Assembly: GCA_963716175.1 (NCBI GenBank)
Contig: OY970296.1
Coordinates: 1 to 64,000 of the forward strand
Source: an uncultured Armatimonadetes bacterium
GTDB taxonomy: Bacteria; Armatimonadota; Hebobacteria; Hebobacterales; Hebobacteraceae
DNA length: 64,000 nt
Direction of reading: 5' to 3'
In this document: in pieces, positions 60,095-64,000 of the stretch
Layout of the letters: each line of letters begins with the position of its first letter
How positions within the stretch are numbered: the first letter of the stretch is position 1
Translations under genes and position numbers: made by a program
The notes under the pieces: model-generated
The model's database searches: none
Seen by the model: the letters and a program-made list of their open reading frames with translations, nothing else
Told to the model about the DNA's origin: nothing

Positions 60095-61351
60095 TCATCT
60101 CGGGATGATCTCCACGGATGTGTCCTTGTCCATCACCCGCCCAATCCAGATGAGAGCATCATCGCCGACGGCCTGGGCTCTGAACTCAGACTCTGGCAAC
60201 TCCTTGCCGTTCCAGACTACCGTCACCGGCGGCCTCCCGAGATACAGCCTGAGCACCGGGTTGACGATGGGACGAGTGGGTGAGAACTGGATACGAACTG
60301 GACCTGCGGCCGACCCCCGGAAGCAGTAGGCCCGCTGGCTGTACGAGTACCCCTCGAAGAGGTGGGAACTCTCCACCTTGGCGCGTCCCAACCAGGAGCC
60401 GGCCAGCGATCTCGCCTCGTCCACCCCGCCGGTGACGGCGCCCGTCAGGAAGAGCCAGGAGCTCGGACGCGGCGGGGTCACGCCCCCGTAGCTGTAGCCG
60501 CAGTTCACGAAGGAGGTGTGTGTTGCACGAGTTTGTACCTCCTCATCCGTCGCGCGGACCCACCCGACGAACTCGCGGGAGTCGTTCGCCGGCCAGTGCG
60601 AGTAGTTAGAAGCACCAGGGAATGCATTCATCTGCGGATGTGGTCTGCCACACGCCTGGCAGTTCGCGTGCGGGAAGAGCAGCCGGTTGCGCGGGAAAGC
60701 GACGAAGGGGTTGGGATGATCGCGCAGGTGGACGACGCCGATGTACTCCGACCACTCCGCGATCTCCGGCTTCAGCTGGCAAAGCGCTTTGCCTTGATCG
60801 AACGGATGGGGCCACCTGATGTCGAGTCTCTCGCCCGCCAGGTTGGTCAGTGTGAAGCCCACTGGCTCAACGCAGTCCTCGGGTCGAACCCCTGGGCCGT
60901 TGATGAGGATGAACTCTTCGACCTCCCAGATTCCGGGGTTAAGGCCGTCAGACAGCTCATCACCCGGCCACCCGACTAGCTGGCGGACGGCGATCCCGTC
61001 CGGGAACACTCGATAGTACTCCTCGGAACGGGTGTTCCCATGGAAGACTCGATAGAGACTGTTGCAGAGAGCGTTCTTCCAGTGCACGGTGACGCGGGCC
61101 GGGCCGGACTCCGTGATGTGCGCTTCGCTGAAGCGGCAGTCCTTGTCCATGATGGCTTCGTAGCAGTGCGGGTCCTCCGGCGAACTCGTCTCGAACCATT
61201 CCGGCGTGAACCAGACATCGCCCCCCAGGTCGAAGCACGGCACAAACTGGGCCTTCTCCCAGAGGATGAGCCGCCAGGGATGGCCGGTCTCGACGATCAG
61301 TGCGTCACCCTCTGTGCCCCACAGCGCGAGCTTCTTGCGAAAGGCCTTCAT
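60095..61351 (-). CDS. Hypothetical protein in the LacI-linked operon
   Basis: 418-aa ORF with RBS and coding-like composition. Confidence 0.8.
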   Translation of the reverse strand: MKAFRKKLALWGTEGDALIVETGHPWRLILWEKAQFVPCFDLGGDVWFTPEWFETSSPEDPHCYEAIMDKDCRFSEAHITESGPARVTVHWKNALCNSLYRVFHGNTRSEEYYRVFPDGIAVRQLVGWPGDELSDGLNPGIWEVEEFILINGPGVRPEDCVEPVGFTLTNLAGERLDIRWPHPFDQGKALCQLKPEIAEWSEYIGVVHLRDHPNPFVAFPRNRLLFPHANCQACGRPHPQMNAFPGASNYSHWPANDSREFVGWVRATDEEVQTRATHTSFVNCGYSYGGVTPPRPSSWLFLTGAVTGGVDEARSLAGSWLGRAKVESSHLFEGYSYSQRAYCFRGSAAGPVRIQFSPTRPIVNPVLRLYLGRPPVTVVWNGKELPESEFRAQAVGDDALIWIGRVMDKDTSVEIIPR

Positions 61352-61463
61352 CTCGGAGTCCCTCCAGAGTAGTTGGCCAGATCATATCACGGCGCCACGG
61401 CACTGCCGCCGCCCCCGCGTGCCCACGGAAACCGGTTCTCCTGCAAGGCCTATGGCCCTTTTC

Positions 61464-61477
61464 AGAAAACGATTACA
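61464..61477. promoter_or_regulatory. LacI-type operator
   Basis: AGAAAACGATTACA (reverse complement TGTAATCGTTTTCT). Confidence 0.55.
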
Positions 61478-61524
61478 TCCAAGGATAACACGGCCGCTGC
61501 CCTATGTCAACCAATCGGGGTCGG

Positions 61525-63456
61525 TCACAAGAAGGGCATGTCAATGTTGAGAATCGCCCCGATCGTCATGCGCACGAACCCGATAAGCGACGAGCTCACT
61601 ATCATGCCAAGGAAGAACGGCAGCGCTCTGCGATACAGGCGGAGGCCGCCGTACCGCATGATGACTGCCTTCGCAAGCCAGGCGATGAAGATACCTGGCA
61701 GGTAGCAGTCCATCACCCAGGCTGAAGCGATCGGGAAGGCGACGGGATGCAACGGCCAGGCGTAGAAGCGCAGCTTCAGCGCCATGAGAACGCCGGTGCT
61801 CACAAGGCCTACAGCGACGGCGCCCAGGAGTGACGGGTTGGCGCCGCTGGTGGGATTCTCAAGCATGCTCGCCAACTGCACCGGCACCTGCCGCGCGTGG
61901 CCGCTTGCGAACGGGTCGGCGCCGGCCCGTGCCCCGATGTGGTAGAGCACATGCAATGAGGCCCAGAACAGAGAGGGCACGACGACCGCGGTCACGCCGA
62001 CCAGCACCCAGGGGAGCCGCCTCAACTCCATCCTCTGGGAATCGGCCAGCTTGTAGCTCTCGAGAGTCCAGGGCTGAGGGTTCTGAGCGAAGTGCATTGT
62101 GAACGGATATGACAGCCACAGCATCCCCTGGCCTCTAGGCGTGATGGCGGCGCTGCCGAAGAGCGCCGGCAAGAACTGGTTGGGTCCCATGCTCACCTGC
62201 TCGAACCCGGGTGGGCCGAGCTGAGCTCGGACCCGGGTGAGCACCAGTCCGATCAGCAACAGAGTCGCAACCCAGGCCACGCTGACCCAAGTGGCCATGC
62301 CGGCCCGCCCAAACGTGTAGCAGAGGAACCCGACTGCCACCGCCAGTGCCAGCATCGCGCCACGATAGCTCATCGCCTCCCGGCTATCATCAACGGGGGA
62401 CCTCAGCCCCAGGACCCTCCGACAGACCTGGACGATGTAGCGGCGGTCGAGCCACACCGCCACCACCAGCAGGGCGGCGAGTCCGCCCAGTGACTGCATG
62501 TCAATATAGGGGAATCCCGACGCAGTGTTCGTGGACCACGCGAACTGCGACGACACGATCAGCTCGGCCTTCCAGAAGAGGTTGAAGAACCACAGCGAAA
62601 ACGACAGGTCCAGCGGCATGAGATAGCTAAGGCCGATCAGGATCGGCCACACACCGACGCCTTTCCATCGGTACGCGTTCCAGGGGGGATGCTGGTCAAT
62701 CCATGGTCCCAGATCGAAGTAGAACGGGATGACCGGGACTGCAGGGAAAAACCCGTGGAGAGTCGCCATGGTTTCAAAGATCGCAACCAGGGCGAAGCCC
62801 GCCCACATTACCTTGTTGCGCGAGAGCTCATGGCGCTCTTCAGCGATCTGAAGCGGCACTGTCGTGATGGGGAACAAGAGCCTCTCGTCGTCCACCCAGC
62901 GCCTTCGGAAGAGCGAGCTGAGAGAGACGAAGCACAGCATCAAAGCTGTCGCAACCCCGGTCCACCACACGGCAGGGACGGCCCATGCGAGGAGGACGCT
63001 CGCCGCATACGGATTGGCCTCCCCCTCGTAGAAGCCTTGGAGAACGTCCAGGTTCGATACCGTGAGCCAGCTTGGCAAGTTGGGCCAGAGGAGGTCGGCC
63101 CAGCGATTGCCCGGATTGGCAAACCAGAACGAGCCCGATATGGCCTCCGGCAAGGGGATCAGCAGGTCCACCCCGCACCAGGCGGTGGACACCGACAGCA
63201 TGACGTATATGGTGAGCAGCTCTCCCAGGGAGAAGGCGAGCTTGGGCCGCCTACGGCGGAGAAGGGCATTGATGCCGGCGAGCGCGAAGAGGTAGAAGAC
63301 GCAGTTGTAGTAGATCGGATACGGCGTGCCGGCGTCGTTGCCGAACCGCCAGTAAGTCAGGACCATCCAGTACGTGTTGAGCGGGATCCCCACGAGCCCG
63401 ATCATCACCGCCCGGAAGCTCACGGCCGGCCTTCTGCGGATGCCCTCTCCGGCCAA
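61525..63456 (-). CDS. DUF6785/DUF6784-like multi-TM putative transporter
   Basis: SFRAV..G, GELLTIYVM, RRRWVDDERLLFP, WPLHPV, RYGGLRLYRRALPFFLG. Confidence 0.85.
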   Translation of the reverse strand: MAGEGIRRRPAVSFRAVMIGLVGIPLNTYWMVLTYWRFGNDAGTPYPIYYNCVFYLFALAGINALLRRRRPKLAFSLGELLTIYVMLSVSTAWCGVDLLIPLPEAISGSFWFANPGNRWADLLWPNLPSWLTVSNLDVLQGFYEGEANPYAASVLLAWAVPAVWWTGVATALMLCFVSLSSLFRRRWVDDERLLFPITTVPLQIAEERHELSRNKVMWAGFALVAIFETMATLHGFFPAVPVIPFYFDLGPWIDQHPPWNAYRWKGVGVWPILIGLSYLMPLDLSFSLWFFNLFWKAELIVSSQFAWSTNTASGFPYIDMQSLGGLAALLVVAVWLDRRYIVQVCRRVLGLRSPVDDSREAMSYRGAMLALAVAVGFLCYTFGRAGMATWVSVAWVATLLLIGLVLTRVRAQLGPPGFEQVSMGPNQFLPALFGSAAITPRGQGMLWLSYPFTMHFAQNPQPWTLESYKLADSQRMELRRLPWVLVGVTAVVVPSLFWASLHVLYHIGARAGADPFASGHARQVPVQLASMLENPTSGANPSLLGAVAVGLVSTGVLMALKLRFYAWPLHPVAFPIASAWVMDCYLPGIFIAWLAKAVIMRYGGLRLYRRALPFFLGMIVSSSLIGFVRMTIGAILNIDMPFL

Positions 63457-63509
63457 TTCCCAGCCTCCCGTGCACGCTCCCAGCGACTCGCTGGCGCAGT
63501 ACCGACTCA

Positions 63510-63625
63510 GGAAATCGTTATCATGGGTTCGGCTGCTATCCCAATAGTCCTCCTCTCGCGTTGCATGAGCGGTGGAAGGAGTCTATCTTCCCGCGTCCAA
63601 CAGAGAGGGGATGAAATCGTTGTCA
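63510..63625. promoter_or_regulatory. Two LacI-type operators in the divergent promoter
   Basis: GGAAATCGTTATCA (63510-63523) and TGAAATCGTTGTCA (63612-63625). Confidence 0.55.
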
Positions 63626-63706
63626 TGGGCGCGAGGGCTGGCGGGCGTGCCGCTCACCGTCGCGGGGCCGCGCGAGGGTCGAACACCGACGGGGAGGCTG
63701 TTATCG

Positions 63707-64000
63707 ATGGAGTGGTACAGAGATGTGCAGTTTATAGCTGCCGTGCCGATGCCTGTGGAGTGGGCGAAAGAATTCGGGACGACAGTCAACGGGATGTGGG
63801 ATGACCCGGCTCGCTGGAACCGGTCGGCGGTGGAGCAGGCGCATAGAGAAGGGCGTCGCGTGCTCGTGTCCGTCCCGCTCATCGCGCTGACCAGTCGCTA
63901 CTATGAGCGCGACGATGAGCGGTATCTCCTGGATGAAGCCTGCCGGGACATCCTCGGGAATCCGGCCGAGGTCAAATGGTACTACTGGGATCCGAAGCCG
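63707..64000 (+). CDS. Hypothetical protein, possibly glycoside hydrolase-like; runs off the window
   Basis: RBS GGGGAGG; open frame MEWYRDVQF...AHREGRRVLVSV...ACRDILG. Confidence 0.65.
   Translation, partial: MEWYRDVQFIAAVPMPVEWAKEFGTTVNGMWDDPARWNRSAVEQAHREGRRVLVSVPLIALTSRYYERDDERYLLDEACRDILGNPAEVKWYYWDPKP

Overview
High-GC bacterial window. The mix of DUF6785-like membrane proteins, SLH domains, a secretin and prepilin-type genes suggests a diderm Terrabacterium such as Armatimonadota (inference). The first 25 kb is an adhesion/biofilm island. It holds three type IV pilus-like minor pilins and a Fap-like functional amyloid export operon: a Sec-secreted acidic D/N/S/T repeat protein, a second secreted subunit, a C39 peptidase and a FapF-like beta-barrel, with a broken second barrel nearby. 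It also holds a complete Tad/Flp pilus locus and two NarL-type regulators, each divergently paired with a small kinase-less HisKA_3-like membrane protein. The remainder is a mosaic of carbohydrate/sulfate genes, a large SLH surface protein with 7 x 303-bp repeats and many gene fragments. About 12 copies of one ~23-bp IS terminal repeat punctuate this mosaic, alongside IS21-like ends, a MITE and an intact IS110 element whose bridge RNA target and donor guides can be read directly against its own flanks. Several isolated frameshifts may be sequencing errors. All family assignments come from motif recognition by eye, not database searches.
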